Shown here in pieces: positions 13,473 to 26,540 of a DNA stretch of 64,000 nucleotides; within the stretch, counting starts at the first letter, position 1, and each line of letters begins with the position of its first letter. Location: the NCBI RefSeq assembly GCF_000150275.1, contig NW_002060948.1:5006336-5070335 (forward strand), given 5' to 3'. Origin of the DNA: Trichoplax adhaerens (Eukaryota > Animalia > Placozoa). The notes under the pieces were generated by a model. The model ran no database searches and had not been told where the DNA came from. It worked only from the letters and a program-made list of their open reading frames with translations. The position numbers were made by a program, and so were the translations under genes.

Positions 13473-13823
13473 CCCTCAGCTGAAACTGTCATACTGATGT
13501 ATTATCTATCGTATACCGGTGAAGACTTTAAAAAAGGGAAAAGTAATGATTTGCTATTGTATCCTCTCTGCTGAAACTGTTGTACTGATGTATTATCGTA
13601 TACCGGTGAAGACTTTAAAAAATGGGAAACTAATGATTTGCCATGGTATCCTCTCAGCTGAAACTGTCTTCCTGATGTATTATCGTATACCAGGGAAGAT
13701 TTTAAAAAAGGGAAAACTAATGATTTGCCATGGTATCCTCTCAGCTGAAACTGTCTTCCTGATGTATTATCGTATACCAGGGAAGATTTTAAAAAAGGGA
13801 AAACTAATGATTTGCCATGGTAT
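13473..13823. repeat. Tandem repeat, 87 bp unit, 4 copies
   Basis: cctctcagctgaaactgtc...gatgtattatcgtatacc...aaaaaagggaaaactaatgatttgccatggtat; units at ~13473, 13563, 13650, 13737; last two essentially identical. Confidence 0.95.
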
Positions 13824-14459
13824 ATTTTTATATCGTAACGATCTTCCCATTCGCCAATTTTCATGGTTGTATTTTCAATGTAACAATACTTCATAATGCT
13901 ATTTGGCGTTGCAGTTAATCATAATTTGCGATTTTCGAATAAAGATACTAGATGCATAAATAGTTATAATGAAAAGCCAATGAAGATTTGGGCTTTGCAT
14001 TTTCAGGGCAATGTTTTATACTATACTATTTGGTAACTTCTTAGATGCAAATATTAGAGTAACAATAACGCAGTACACTTTATTTATTCCTCAAGTTTTT
14101 CTGCTTCTGCTAGATAACCGCAATACTGTTCTTGCTTGGTGCACGCAGAATCGCTCAGCAGTAATGATCATTAAGGTTCTCATTTCATTGAATGATCTTT
14201 ATTTGAAATTTCTAAGCATGAAAATTTGCGAATGGCAGATCGGAAAGATATAAAAATAGCAAATGATTGGTTTCCCTATCCCCAAAATTGGAGGATATTT
14301 TTAAACTACACCATGTACAAATAGGCAAAACACTCTGGAAAAATGATTCAGCCTTCTCTTCACTTTGACGCCAAGAACGGTCACTGCACGTCGTCTCGCA
14401 CGGACTAGCCTCAACCTCTTCCGCAGCTCACACTAACACGGACCATTGTAACAGACCAC

Positions 14460-14650
14460 TCGTGTACTGTACACGCTGTGACCGCGATACCTCAGGAGTC
14501 TACTGGAGTTCTAGTACTGTACTATATGGGAGATTGGGTATGGTATTGCGTTATGTGGACTGTTGACTACAGTACAGTACTGTACTGTACTGTACAGTGT
14601 ACAGTACCGTACCGTGCTACAATCCTTTTCACTGTACAATGTACAGTGAA
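14460..14650. promoter_or_regulatory. GTAC-rich pentamer tract in putative GMPS promoter
   Basis: tacagtacagtactgtactgtactgtacagtgtacagtaccgtaccgt, 250-450 bp upstream of the GMPS ATG; similar tracts precede other genes. Regulatory role is inferred from position only. Confidence 0.5.
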
Positions 14651-14904
14651 AAGGAGACTACAACCCTCCTGGAGGATCGATGTGAACTGCAATTCAACTA
14701 ACGAGTACGTCAGTAGCGATCAAGAATTGTGCTAGGACTTGGCAAGACGAGCCGAGCAGGGAAAGAATTAAGTGGAATTTCCATCCAACCAGCTACGTCG
14801 ATCCGCTATTCGTGAGCTAATTGTATCTTATTCTGCTGTGATTGCCTTCAAGAGAGAAAGACTGTAGTACGATATCTCGTACTGCAACAGTCGAAAACAA
14901 GACT

Positions 14905-17900
14905 ATGTCAACACATGTAAATGGTCAAATAGAATCCGACGATGACGAACGCCATGCATTCCCGGCGGAAAAACGTAGGAAAGAAAGCCCAATGACTCAC
15001 AAAGTGGCATTGCTTGATGCTGGAGCCCAATATGGAAAGGTATATTGCTTCCAATATTGCAGTAGTAGCATAACCATGACGTGCATACTGTCCTATCCAT
15101 GCAATTCCATTCATGGAGGATGATGTTATCTGAGCAACTGAGTGCAGGTGTAGCTCCAACATGCCAGGATGATTGCAATTGGAAAATAGACCATCGACAC
15201 GCACCAAAATACCTACAGTGAGATTGTACTTTCTTATCCAAAATGATCATCTATCGTATGCATGACTAGCTATACTACTGTATCTGCCCATAAATTGACT
15301 TTAGTATTGGTTATGGGTCATCATGACGCCATCGCCTCCAACTTGGCTAGATCACCCACCAATTAGAAAAATCGATCCCACAATCCACTCAGAATATCCT
15401 CTAGTCCTGTATTACTTGGACAATTTATCCAGTGTTAAGCTGTGAATGGATCAACGGTCACTACAGAGAAAGTGTCAAATGTAAACTTGATTACAGTAAA
15501 CGAGCTGTTGCAATCCTCTCCACCTTTCCCATACAGCCAAACTTGTTAGCAAATCATTTTAATGACCTAAATAAGAAGGAAGGAGGTGTTAACTCATTTG
15601 GCCAACTTGCCTGTGGGTAGTTTATTACTGTATTGAGTACAAACGGTCCGGTTGGGTCCAGTTGGGACTACTACGCAGTGTTTACAGTCCAGTGTGTTGA
15701 CGGTGTTGGACAATGACCAGTTTAGCCTTGCCAACACTTGCCTTTCCTCCTACTTGTCTAGACTATGTTTTCATGCAGTACCCTAAAGTTGGACACGTCA
15801 GTCCAGCGCGGTCACCCATTGCTCTCCTCCACTTGCTATTCTCTATCCTATACCAAGAGATACACCATTTGACCATAATGGTACACTACCCTCCCATACT
15901 GCAACCCAAACAAGTTCAAAAGTGCGCCAATATTCCCTCCCTAGTAATGGCCGGCCACTTAATCCATGGTAGCATCTACCCAAGGCCATTTTGGATCATT
16001 TATTTTTGCATCTTTGTCAGTGAAATTTTCTTTTTTTTTTCAATCATTGGAGAGAATCGTTCATGCTAATGCATTTCAATTGGTAATAAGAGAAGGAGAG
16101 AGAGAAATTTCATCGTTACAAGTTGAATCAAGACGGCAGGGTCGTCGTTGTGAAGATTTTTTTTCTCTCCTTGTCAATGAACGGATAGTTGTTGAGATAG
16201 AGTAATACCTCGCTCTTTCTACTGTTCAATCATTTTACATCCATTTCTATTTCTTGTCCTCTTCTTGTTTGTACTTTTTCTATCACTTACAATGTCGTCA
16301 AAGAGAGTATACCCGTTAGAATGGATTGAAATTAAATTACAGTCTAACATGTCTTTCACCCAGTTGTCATGGGTCTTCATTAGCTTGACATCAAGCTAAA
16401 CAGGGGGGGAACAATGTCACATTTCCCCCAACTTAGGCGTTATTCTATTCTGCTTACCATGATGATCATCATCATGGCAAAGAGAAACTAATGAAAGCGA
16501 CAAGACAAATCAATTCGTTTCATTTCCTTTTTCACTCTATCCTGACTGATCAAGCCATGCTCATTTCCCTGTCTTGCTATTCAATCCAATGACGTTAAGC
16601 AGATGTTGATTCATTTTTTTTTTCCAATGAAATGAGTAGTCGGCAATCCATTCCATAGCATTTCCACTCTAATCGATAACCATTTAGGCTATACTAATAC
16701 AGTTATCGATGAGAGAGGGATCGTTTTTAACCAAGATTCGATCATCCATCAATTAACTACGATCCCATCCAGTCAAGGTGTCAAGAAAGATCAACTTGTA
16801 ATTCGCTAGGATCGACACTGGAATCAATCGAAAACCATTTAGGCCATAGCAATGAGAGATGGATCCTTTTCAACCAAAAATTCTATCATCCATCCATTGA
16901 CTACCATGCTATCCAGTCAAGGTGCCAGGAAAGATCAACTGGTCTTCAAACATAGCTCTAAATTACAACCAGTCAGTGTTGAAAGGATAACTGTTATACT
17001 AGAGTAAAACATAACGATTGGACTCACAAGGGACGAATCACCGCTATTCAAGCGGGCTAGAAATGTTGCAAAGGTAGTAGTCAAACTAAAGGAATGCTTA
17101 CTAGCAATAGAAGATCCATACAAATGTTGACAACATCATCAACTAGCGACAAAATGCAATTTTTGGACAACATAAATTACGTGTGTGATGGGATGGAGCG
17201 ATACATAGACAGTGCTATCGTACTCAGAAACTATGGATTATACTCGAGTATCCATCCTATCCAAACTGGACACCCGTTTCATTTGAACGCTTTCGTCTCT
17301 TATATTGAGTTGTTCAAAAAGAAATCACCTAAGCTTACGATATCGACAGACTAGACGATCTTCATCGTCAAGTAGTGGCTGATTGACTTGAAGAGGATCC
17401 ATTTTGTTTAATAAAGTTCATCGTTGACCATCATTAAACCCTTCAGTTCTCTTCAGTACACCATTCGAAACACAAACTACAATCTTGACATGAATTGGTT
17501 GCATTTCAATAGAACGAAAACTGCTCCTACAATGTAGAATCAACATATACGTACTTTCATTTCCTACAGAGACATAATAGCGATGGATCATATTGCGATA
17601 ATCCATTTCCCAGTTTATCGTATTACCTCTACATTCTACTTGCAACCATAGATTTCAAAATACGATAAATTTATAAATGTTGGATGTTAGACCATGATCA
17701 GTTCTGTAATATTGAGTGGGCAAAAATCGCCAATATTTTTATGATACAATTCAGTAGTGTGCCCCCTCGAAGATTGGAATGCATTCCGTAATAGCTCATT
17801 AATAACTTAATTAAAAAATACAAACTTTGTACTTGGTATTCTTTTAATAAATTCAGTTTCACCTTTTTATTATATCTCACAGTATGATATCGTACTTACG

Positions 17901-20900
17901 AGTATAGTAGAAAGTTGAAAGAGTGGACGGTTGCAACGTCTAGTATAATTGTATTCGAACTTATGTTTGTAAATTAAATAGACAACAAATCCAATTAAGA
18001 GTGTTACAATTAGTCATAGCGATGATCCTATGTTGTGGGTCTCTTAATACAGTACTGCACTATTTTTGTTGTCTTTCTATTATTTTATTATATCTTGGTG
18101 TAAAAGATATCAACATAACTCGAAATATCATACAATCCTTTTAATTTTAATTATTTGTCCACGTCAATCGGCATGAATAGTTACTGCATTATCACGTCCT
18201 ACTTACACACTCAGAAATTTAGAATGATAACGTTGGTCAAGCCTTAAATTTACCAAATTATTCTTAAAAATGAAGCAGCATGGTTTGTACTTGCTTTTTC
18301 TTCTAGGTTATCGATCGAAGAATTCGTGATTTAAATGTAGAAACTGAAATGGTGCCACTAGATATAACGGCTACAAGTCTTGTTGAGAAAGGCTATAGGT
18401 AAGCAATTGTAATGAATAGTATGCAAGAATAAAATGCTTGTGTAAAATTCAGTCAGTGATCAAATCATTTTATACTATATTGGATACTTAAACGGAAAAA
18501 TTTTTAGTACTAAATAATTAATATGAAAGCATTGTTACCAGGATGATGATCATCGCTGATTTACCTCATTTTCAACCCATTTGATATTCAATGAAGATAA
18601 TTTGTCTTAAAATCTGCCAATTGATACTTTGTATGCGCCTAGGGCTATTATCATTTCCGGTGGACCAAATAGTGTCTATTCATCGGATGCCTTGATATAC
18701 GACCCAAATATTTTTAGCATTGGGATACCGATATTAGGAATTTGTTATGGAATGCAGGTAATAGAATTTTAAAAGTTGAAAACGTAATATTGTAGTACTT
18801 GCAACAAGGTATTCAATATTAAAGATAATTATACTGCGCGTACAGACAATCTGCAAGTAGCATTTTAATTCATTGTACTAAAATTGAATTCTTCATTCAA
18901 TTTATTAATGTTATAGCTATTAAATTTTCATTTTATACTAAAATCGTATTTCTTCATTCAACTTATTAACGTTGTAGCTATTAAATCTCCATTTTATACT
19001 AAAATCGTATTTCTTCATTCATCTTATGAATATGTTACAGCTAGTAAATCTCCATTTTGGAGGTACTGTAACAAAAGGAGATGTAAGGGAAGATGGACAA
19101 TTTACCATCGATGTTGATCCTGATTGCCTATTATTTAGGTAATTTGAATATTATTTATATAAATATAATGTTCAATAGCGTCAAACACAAGCATTGGACC
19201 TAAATCTATTGTCGTTAGATCATGCAATTGAAGATCGCTCTTTTGCTATTATTTGCATTAGTGGATTATCCAAGCAACAGAATGTTCTTCTTACTCACGG
19301 TGACTCTGTTGATCAAGTCGCCAATACATTTAAAGTTATTGCGACGTCAGGAGATATCGTTACCGGTATAGTATTTTGCCATTATATTGTTAATAGAGCT
19401 GATTCTATAAAACCAATCATAATACTTTAAATTTTGCTTTACTATAATAACACAAAAGTGGATTGCGTACAGTAATAACTCAACAATACAGTATAGGATA
19501 TCTGCTAACTAAGGTATAACAACCGTTATTATGATAGCAATTGGAAACGATGAAAAGCACTTATATGGCGTACAGTTTCACCCAGAAGTTGATCTTACCG
19601 AGAAAGGATCGGAAATATTTCGTAATTTTTTATTTAAAGTAAGTCGTACTCGTTTATTTATTGCTTTTAGTATTACTACACTTGCAGTAAGGATAATATT
19701 GTATTAAGATGTAAATACTACTGTATTACTGCGATAGAACTTCAATCGGGTTTATCTAATAGGATAGTTGGTCTATAGCTTGTAATACAACGCTTGTACT
19801 AATAAACAATTTTATTAATTAGATCGCAAAATGTCCTGGAAACTTTACGATGATTAATCGTCAACAGCAGTGTATAGATAATATAAAACAGAAAGTTAGA
19901 GATAAGAAAGCATTAGTAAGAGAAAACGGAAACATAATTGTAGTGTATCGATCTCGAACTTTCCATATACAGTTGAATTAATACTGAATCTTTTTTTTTG
20001 AAGGTACTTGTTAGTGGTGGAGTAGATTCTGCTGTTTGTGCAGCTCTCTTGCATAAGGTATGATGTAAAAGGTGAAATTGCATGCGATATAACGGGCGAA
20101 TCATTATTGTTTACTTTTGGCATAGGCTTTAGGATCCGACAGAGTAATTGCTCTTCATATTGACAATGGTTTCATGCGCAAAAATGAAAGCGATGATGTT
20201 AAAATTTCACTTAGAAAGATAGGCTTAGATATAGAAATTCTCCATAGTGCCTATCATTTTTATACAAGTCACACTAGTTACCCGATAATGCTGGAGGGCA
20301 TACCGACACGGCATATTACCGATCCACTAGTAAATGTTTACTCACCGGAAGAGAAAAGGCATATTATTGGTGATACATTTGTGAGGGTAAGACAAATCAC
20401 CGTCATTGTTATCTTGAAGATTCAGTGACTATCACGGATATCATCATATACATTGAATATATGCCATGATTTATTGTCTATCCAGGTCGCTAATGAATAT
20501 CTTAAGAATTTAGGTATTGAACCACAAGATATAGTATTAGCGCAAGGTAAAATTCGTTACTTAAAATATATTGTCGTATGTACTATTATTTGAATGCTAG
20601 AACTCTCACATTTAATTTGATGGATCATAATAATATTTATGCTTACTCATTTCATAAAGTATAAACGTTAATGTTATATCAGGTACTCTACGACCAGATT
20701 TAATTGAAAGTGCGTCTAAAGAAGCCAGTTCTGAAGCTCATGTTATTAAAACCCATCACAACGATACAGATCTAGTTAGACAATTAAGATTACAGGTAAA
20801 TTAACTATTAATTATTTGATTATTAAAGGCGTTCTGATATAAATTTCGTTCTTGCTGTTACACAGAATGGTATCATAGAACCTCTTCAAGATTTTCACAA

Positions 20901-22207
20901 AGATGAAGTTCGGGCCCTTGGGATCGAATTAGGTCTGCCTCCTCATTTAATTAATCGACATCCATTCCCTGGACCAGGCCTTGCTATACGCGTTATTTGT
21001 GCAGATGAGCGTTACGTTACAAACGAATTTGGTGAAACGTGTTCACTATTACAATATATTGTGGATTTTGCTAGAGCTCAACAGCGTGTATGAGTAATTT
21101 TTTTGTAATATATATCTTTACCACTATACCATAGATCACTATAATGAATGAAATATTCATCATGTGATTATTTTACCTTGACAGCCACATGCCCATCTTA
21201 CTCGTATTAGTGGAAGTTTAAGCCTGTCAGAACAAGAATTTTTATTGACATTCAGTGCTAAACATACAATATCGGCAACCTTGCTACCTATCAAAACTGT
21301 TGGAGTGCAGGTAGTTATAGATAGACGTTTTTTAATAATGTCAAAGATTAATGCGCAAGTCGTCAAAGAGTCACCTCTTTCTATTAATCAGGGCGATAGA
21401 AGAAGTTACAGCTATGTTGCTGGACTATCATCTGATGAACCTCCAGTATGGGAAGGATTGTTTAAACTCGCTAAATTAATACCCCGAATTTGTCATGATG
21501 TAAACAGGTTTGTTAAGAAGTGTACATGTATCGAATTCTTTTATGGATGTTTAAACGACACTTAACATGCTTGTGTTACTCTCAAATATTTACATTTGTA
21601 GGGTGGTTTATGTTAATGGACCAGCTATAGTACATCCGGTGCATGATATAACCCCTACTACTTTATCAAATATAGCATTGAGCACTTTACGTGAGGCCGA
21701 TGAGATTGTTAATTCAGCTTTACGTGACTACGGTTAGTATGCATTGGTTCATATTGATGCCGACTAAGTATGTTCAGATTGGTTTCATGATATTAATTAT
21801 TGATTTAATAAAATGTCACTTTTTTACTAGATTGCTTAAGTAAGATCAGTCAAGCACCTGTTGTATTAATTCCGATCCATTTCGATCGTGGCGCTGCTAT
21901 GAAGCTACCGTCGACGAGGAGATCAATTGTATTTAGACCATTTGTTACCAATGATTTTATGACTGGTGTAGCAGCTATACCAGGGAAGCATATTCCGGAA
22001 GAGGTTAGAATGTTGTAATCGTACTTTTAAAAGCAGTACGTAGTGCAATACTACATTTTTATTCTTGTAATAATACTTAATCATTGATCATTTATTATCG
22101 ATTAGGTTGTGTTTACGATTTTCAAAAATGTTGAAAAAATTCCTGGTATATCCCGTGTCTTGTACGACATGACTTCGAAACCACCTGGTACAACAGAGTG
22201 GGAGTAA
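14905..22207 (+). CDS. GMPS: GMP synthase (glutamine-hydrolysing), 17 exons, first intron 15040-18306
   Basis: Spliced translation gives [13 protein letters not shown]|[26 protein letters not shown] (catalytic Cys), [18 protein letters not shown] (His/Glu), [11 protein letters not shown] (PP-loop), [49 protein letters not shown]-terminal [14 protein letters not shown]; all introns GT-AG. Confidence 0.97.
16680..16940. repeat. Diverged ~110 bp direct duplication in GMPS intron 1
   Basis: accatttagg...atccagtcaaggtg.ca.gaaagatcaact occurs at ~16680-16797 and ~16834-16940. Confidence 0.75.
18877..19058 (+). repeat. Tandem triplication (~61-63 bp) spanning the GMPS intron 3 / exon 4 boundary
   Basis: tactaaaat..tcttcattca..ttat.aa.gtt.(t/c)AG cta.taaat.t.catttt three times; AG ends at 18916, 18977 and 19040. 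Confidence 0.9.
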
Positions 22208-22492
22208 AACATATACTGTCTACGACATTTGTATATCTCTAATGATACATTTTCTTTAAAGTGATCGCGCCGAATAATATTTAGGCTTTTGTAAAGGAAG
22301 TGATGAGCCTTAACACTTAAAAATGTATTGTATTTTAATTGTTACTATTGTTCCGAAAGAGCAAAATACAAATGATGTCACAAGTACATGAAATTCAGTA
22401 AGAACTACCATATGAAATGCAAATGTAATTTTTACTATATCTATAAAATCAGAATGACCATGGACGGTTCTACAATTTTATTGCCGCTAAAA

Positions 22493-22515
22493 TATATATA
22501 TATATATATATATAT
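22493..22515. repeat. (TA)n microsatellite
   Basis: Alternating ta run downstream of the GMPS stop. Confidence 0.9.
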
Positions 22516-24173
22516 TAATAATGTTTCTTAAGTCATTTGGAACGACTTGATATAATTAAGTGTATTTCTCTGTTGTTTAGTATTCCATCTTCATAGTAAA
22601 CGATATTCTTCTTCCGATATCACGATAGAAATTTGTATTTATGCTGTCAGTGTGAGGAAGTAAAAAAATTTTAGAACGAATAGACTGTTGCTATTTCAAA
22701 ATAAACTGTATTGTCTATTTATGAAACGAAACGTAGTCTACTATTTATTATTATTATTAATACGCGACTTAGTTCACCAAATCTAAATTCAAACTTCACT
22801 GGATGTTCATGAAGTAGGTATAATTTAGATAAAAGTTATTGATATATCTGTACTGATTTTGATACTTGCAGTTGGTTTAATTTCATTATTATCGTTACGA
22901 GATAGGACAGAAAATCTTGATTTATTACGGCCGTTAGATTTCTTTGTCAACGCAATCGCTCAGCATCCACTTTAAATACTTGATATTCATTTGTATTTGT
23001 AGAGATACTCTTTAAAAGTCAGTCGTTTTGTTTTATCTCTAAGCATACTGTAGGTAGTTATTAATTAAATGAATTAATGAGCCTCAATGCTCAGTAATTA
23101 CAGAATTAAAGGTTGGCGTAGAAAATCAGTATAATCGATCATTACCATAAATTTCTGTTTAATTTTATTTTAGCATAAAAATTGCTCTTTTGCCATCAAA
23201 CTGTTGATAAGTAATGAATTGGAAACAGCTCGCATTGTTGTAACTAATGATGTAGTTTAGGAAAACACTACAAGCAAGAGACAAAATCAAGCTCTTACAT
23301 ATGCTGTATAGGTATGGATAATTTTATTAGTCTGAATCGTAAGCCTACATTAGATATTTTCTTGCATATAAAGGAGTATAAATAGTAAATGACTGTAGTA
23401 GATAAAGATTGAACACAATTTTAGCACATACTGCAATTCCTTTTGGGCAGCCTTAAATTTATGCGCTATGTTATAAATTACAAAGTGGTAATATACATCT
23501 TCCTCTTCCACATGCTACAATTACCATGATAGCGTACTGGAAAAAGTTTGAAAAGACAGAAGAAGATGGATACAACGGTGTTTGTAGTCCATATTATCTA
23601 CTATGATACGTAGACTACAGTGAACGACGATATCACACCATCACAAAGTCCTTATAAAGTGTATATCATCGTGCTGTAGTACAGTATAAATAAATCAAAT
23701 GCAGAAGACTATACAAAAAGCGCATAAATGTAATAAAGAGTCATCTCCTCTATTAGTTGACTCCATTTTGAACTCTATTATCATGCTCAGTAACATGGTT
23801 TAAACTAGAAAGCAACCATTTGTAATTTCCAAACTCAACTTTTCAACTAAAAATCAATAAAAATGTTACATAAAAGAAGTAACAGCTAGTAAAATGAGAA
23901 TGTATCCATTTCAGGACCGACATCGAACTGAGCAGTACTTTCTATCCTTTTATATGTACAAGCATGCAGTTCCTTTTTACATTACTACTGTTAATAATAA
24001 TTAATTCTATAACAGAGGTCATTCGTTATCTTTCAACTTGTTTTTCTACTTACAATATAAACATGTTTACAATTAATAGACTAATCCATAATCCCTTCCA
24101 GATGGATTTCAAGAATGTGTACGAAAGTCTAGCGCAAGAGGAAATATCATCCATTGGCATTTACTTGAATATC

Positions 24174-26540
24174 TCAGTTTTGAATACCAATGTGCTGTTT
24201 GATATCATCTAATATCTGTTGCATTTCTTCGTCATCGTATTTTCCATTTAGGCTGGACGTATTTTTGCGATAAAAGATTAATAATCACAGTTAGTATCAA
24301 AACAAAAGTTACTGCAATAAAGCATTATAATGCACAGTGATGTAGTGATTAAAATACGAGTTCATTTCGCGTATTCTATTATATTATCATTGGATAAACT
24401 TAAGCTTTTCTTAGCTAGTAGATTGAAACAACTACCACAAAGCAATTCAATCGATGTTGTTGCTACTACAGTATATCCAATAGTTTATAGATTAATTATT
24501 AAAGAAAGACATTATGACATCTACGCTTCTTAAGATCAACTTGTTAATCTAATATAAATTACACTACCTTGGCATCAAAGATTTAGCTTCATCGCTGGTT
24601 TCCGGACATAAATTAGCAAGACTGGCCAACTCAAACTTGTGAAAGTTGTGCTTGTTTAAAAGGCTATAATATAAGTAGGAGAAAATTGTCTGTCACGAGT
24701 TAGTTAATGATCATTATATCTACGACTAATTAATTATTTTATGTCATATTGCATTATGAGAGGAGAACTTGGACACCCCAATTGCTAGTTATAAAGTGGT
24801 CAAAAATCAGAATATTGCTCTACGTCGTTAAGTGAGGTTTGACACTATTATTAATGAGATATACAAAAGTATGATTGTATCATTTACTGCTCAGTTGATA
24901 GGGAATTTCTCAACATCCTATGAATAATGTTTCAAAATTAAGAAATGGCGTGTTTGGAATACTAAACGATGATGAGTAAGTAACTCTTTGATTACTCATC
25001 CATCTCCTGCATCTATCTGTATCAACAATGGCTCTAATGAGAATACTGTTCTTAATATCACGCTCTCGTCATTATTCAATCTAAGCGTACAGTATCGGCA
25101 CAGTTTAACTGGTTAAATTGAGCAAACTAGAAATCGAGACCTATATAAAACGTGTGATATTTCATTTACATTAACAAGCAAATATTAACACATAACTACA
25201 GGGGCAAATCATTAATTGACATCAACTTATGGATGAAAAGTTAATCTAACGTATCATCCATCCACTACGCCATCCTTTTCTCTGCCTGTGAAGATCTCGT
25301 GTCTTATATTATGATGGAAAAGATCAGTGCCAATATACCAAGGTTTTATAGCAGTAGTGTTCACAGACTTGCAACGCTACCACTACTACCTATTTTTCTT
25401 TCTGCATACAAGAGTAGTGACAGAACTACGTAGTATGGAAAATTGACTTTAGCATGTCGATAGGAATATAATACGCGTATGAATAACGATTCCACTTTCA
25501 GTATGTGAGTTATGACAAGATTGTTGTACCGTCGTTGTTGGTCCATGGCCATGACAATGCTTGTAGCGAATTTATCTTGGAATTTTTGATTGCCCATGAA
25601 TCCATTTGCTTCTAGTGTACGTCGATGACTCCAATTATTGATGGAATATTGTCTTTTACTCAAGTCCATGATTTTCTAGCCAGCGAAGATGCAATACAAT
25701 CTAGTCCTATTGGCTGTAACATGGAGTCCATTTAAGAAGTCGCGAAGAATGGAGCAAGTTTATTTGTCATTTCATATAGTACCGTGTTGGCCTTGGAAAG
25801 AGTCTATCCAGGGTTTACTGACTGTACCGATCTGTTGGGGTCTGCCAGTCATGGCATTAAACTAAACTAATACGTCCTATGGGAAATGGTGAACAGGTGT
25901 AGTTGGAGGTAGACCTGACTTGGAGGCAGAGTTTTTATGTTTCTCACCACCAAAACGTGAGCTCTCGCTGTCGACTATATAAATTAGTCGCTAGTGAAGG
26001 TCAAGACCCGCCTGGACAATTTTAAGTCTTAAGCATAACCTATGCATTCATTGCGATCAGTAATGAAAGACTAGTTTAAGCTAGAAACGGTTGATTGGAC
26101 GGAATCCCTTCCCTGTCATGACTACCCATGGAGGAAGTGAATAAAAAGATGCTCGTCGGCCATCTTACCTTCTGACAGCAGCTATCGTCTCCTTATTCTT
26201 AAATTTACTAAATCTCTTGGTATGGCTCAGCGTTTTTTGAAATACTTCAGACATTTCTTGATCTTCATCCAATTCATCAGCCTCATTTTGTGCTTTTCGA
26301 TGCTCTAATAGCATACAAACCTCGGCATTGATCAACGTATCGGCATTCTCAAACACTGTGTCAAAGAGACGATCGTGTCAAAAAATGCATTACAATTCAC
26401 AGTAAGGACAAGTGGATCCCTTCCACTTTCTTATCCATCAATCCATTCTAAATCTCTACAGTCATGACAATCTACTTACAGCTGCCAAATTCTAACTTGG
26501 TTGCGTCTTCGTCTTGCTGTTGCTGTGGTACTGTCGCCAT
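24174..26540 (-). CDS. POLR2D: RNA polymerase II subunit RPB4, 4 exons (26540-26480, 26355-26169, 24663-24568, 24252-24174)
   Basis: Spliced protein [41 protein letters not shown]...[17 protein letters not shown]...[27 protein letters not shown]...[18 protein letters not shown] matches the RPB4 family; GT-AG introns in frame. Confidence 0.96.

Noticed and set aside
13502-13896. Repetitive ORFs on both strands (29-aa repeats)
   Set aside because: Explained by an 87-bp unit being a multiple of three; first unit has a 4-bp insertion; no protein motif or splice context.
14478-14735. Tyr/Cys/Thr/Val-rich ORFs here and at 27328-27525, 38292-38698, 60737-60982
   Set aside because: Translations of GTAC-pentamer low-complexity tracts, not credible proteins.
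18540-18620. Possible intronic C/D-box snoRNA (ATGATGA...CTGA) in GMPS intron 2
   Set aside because: Boxes too close together, no terminal stem or recognisable rRNA guide.
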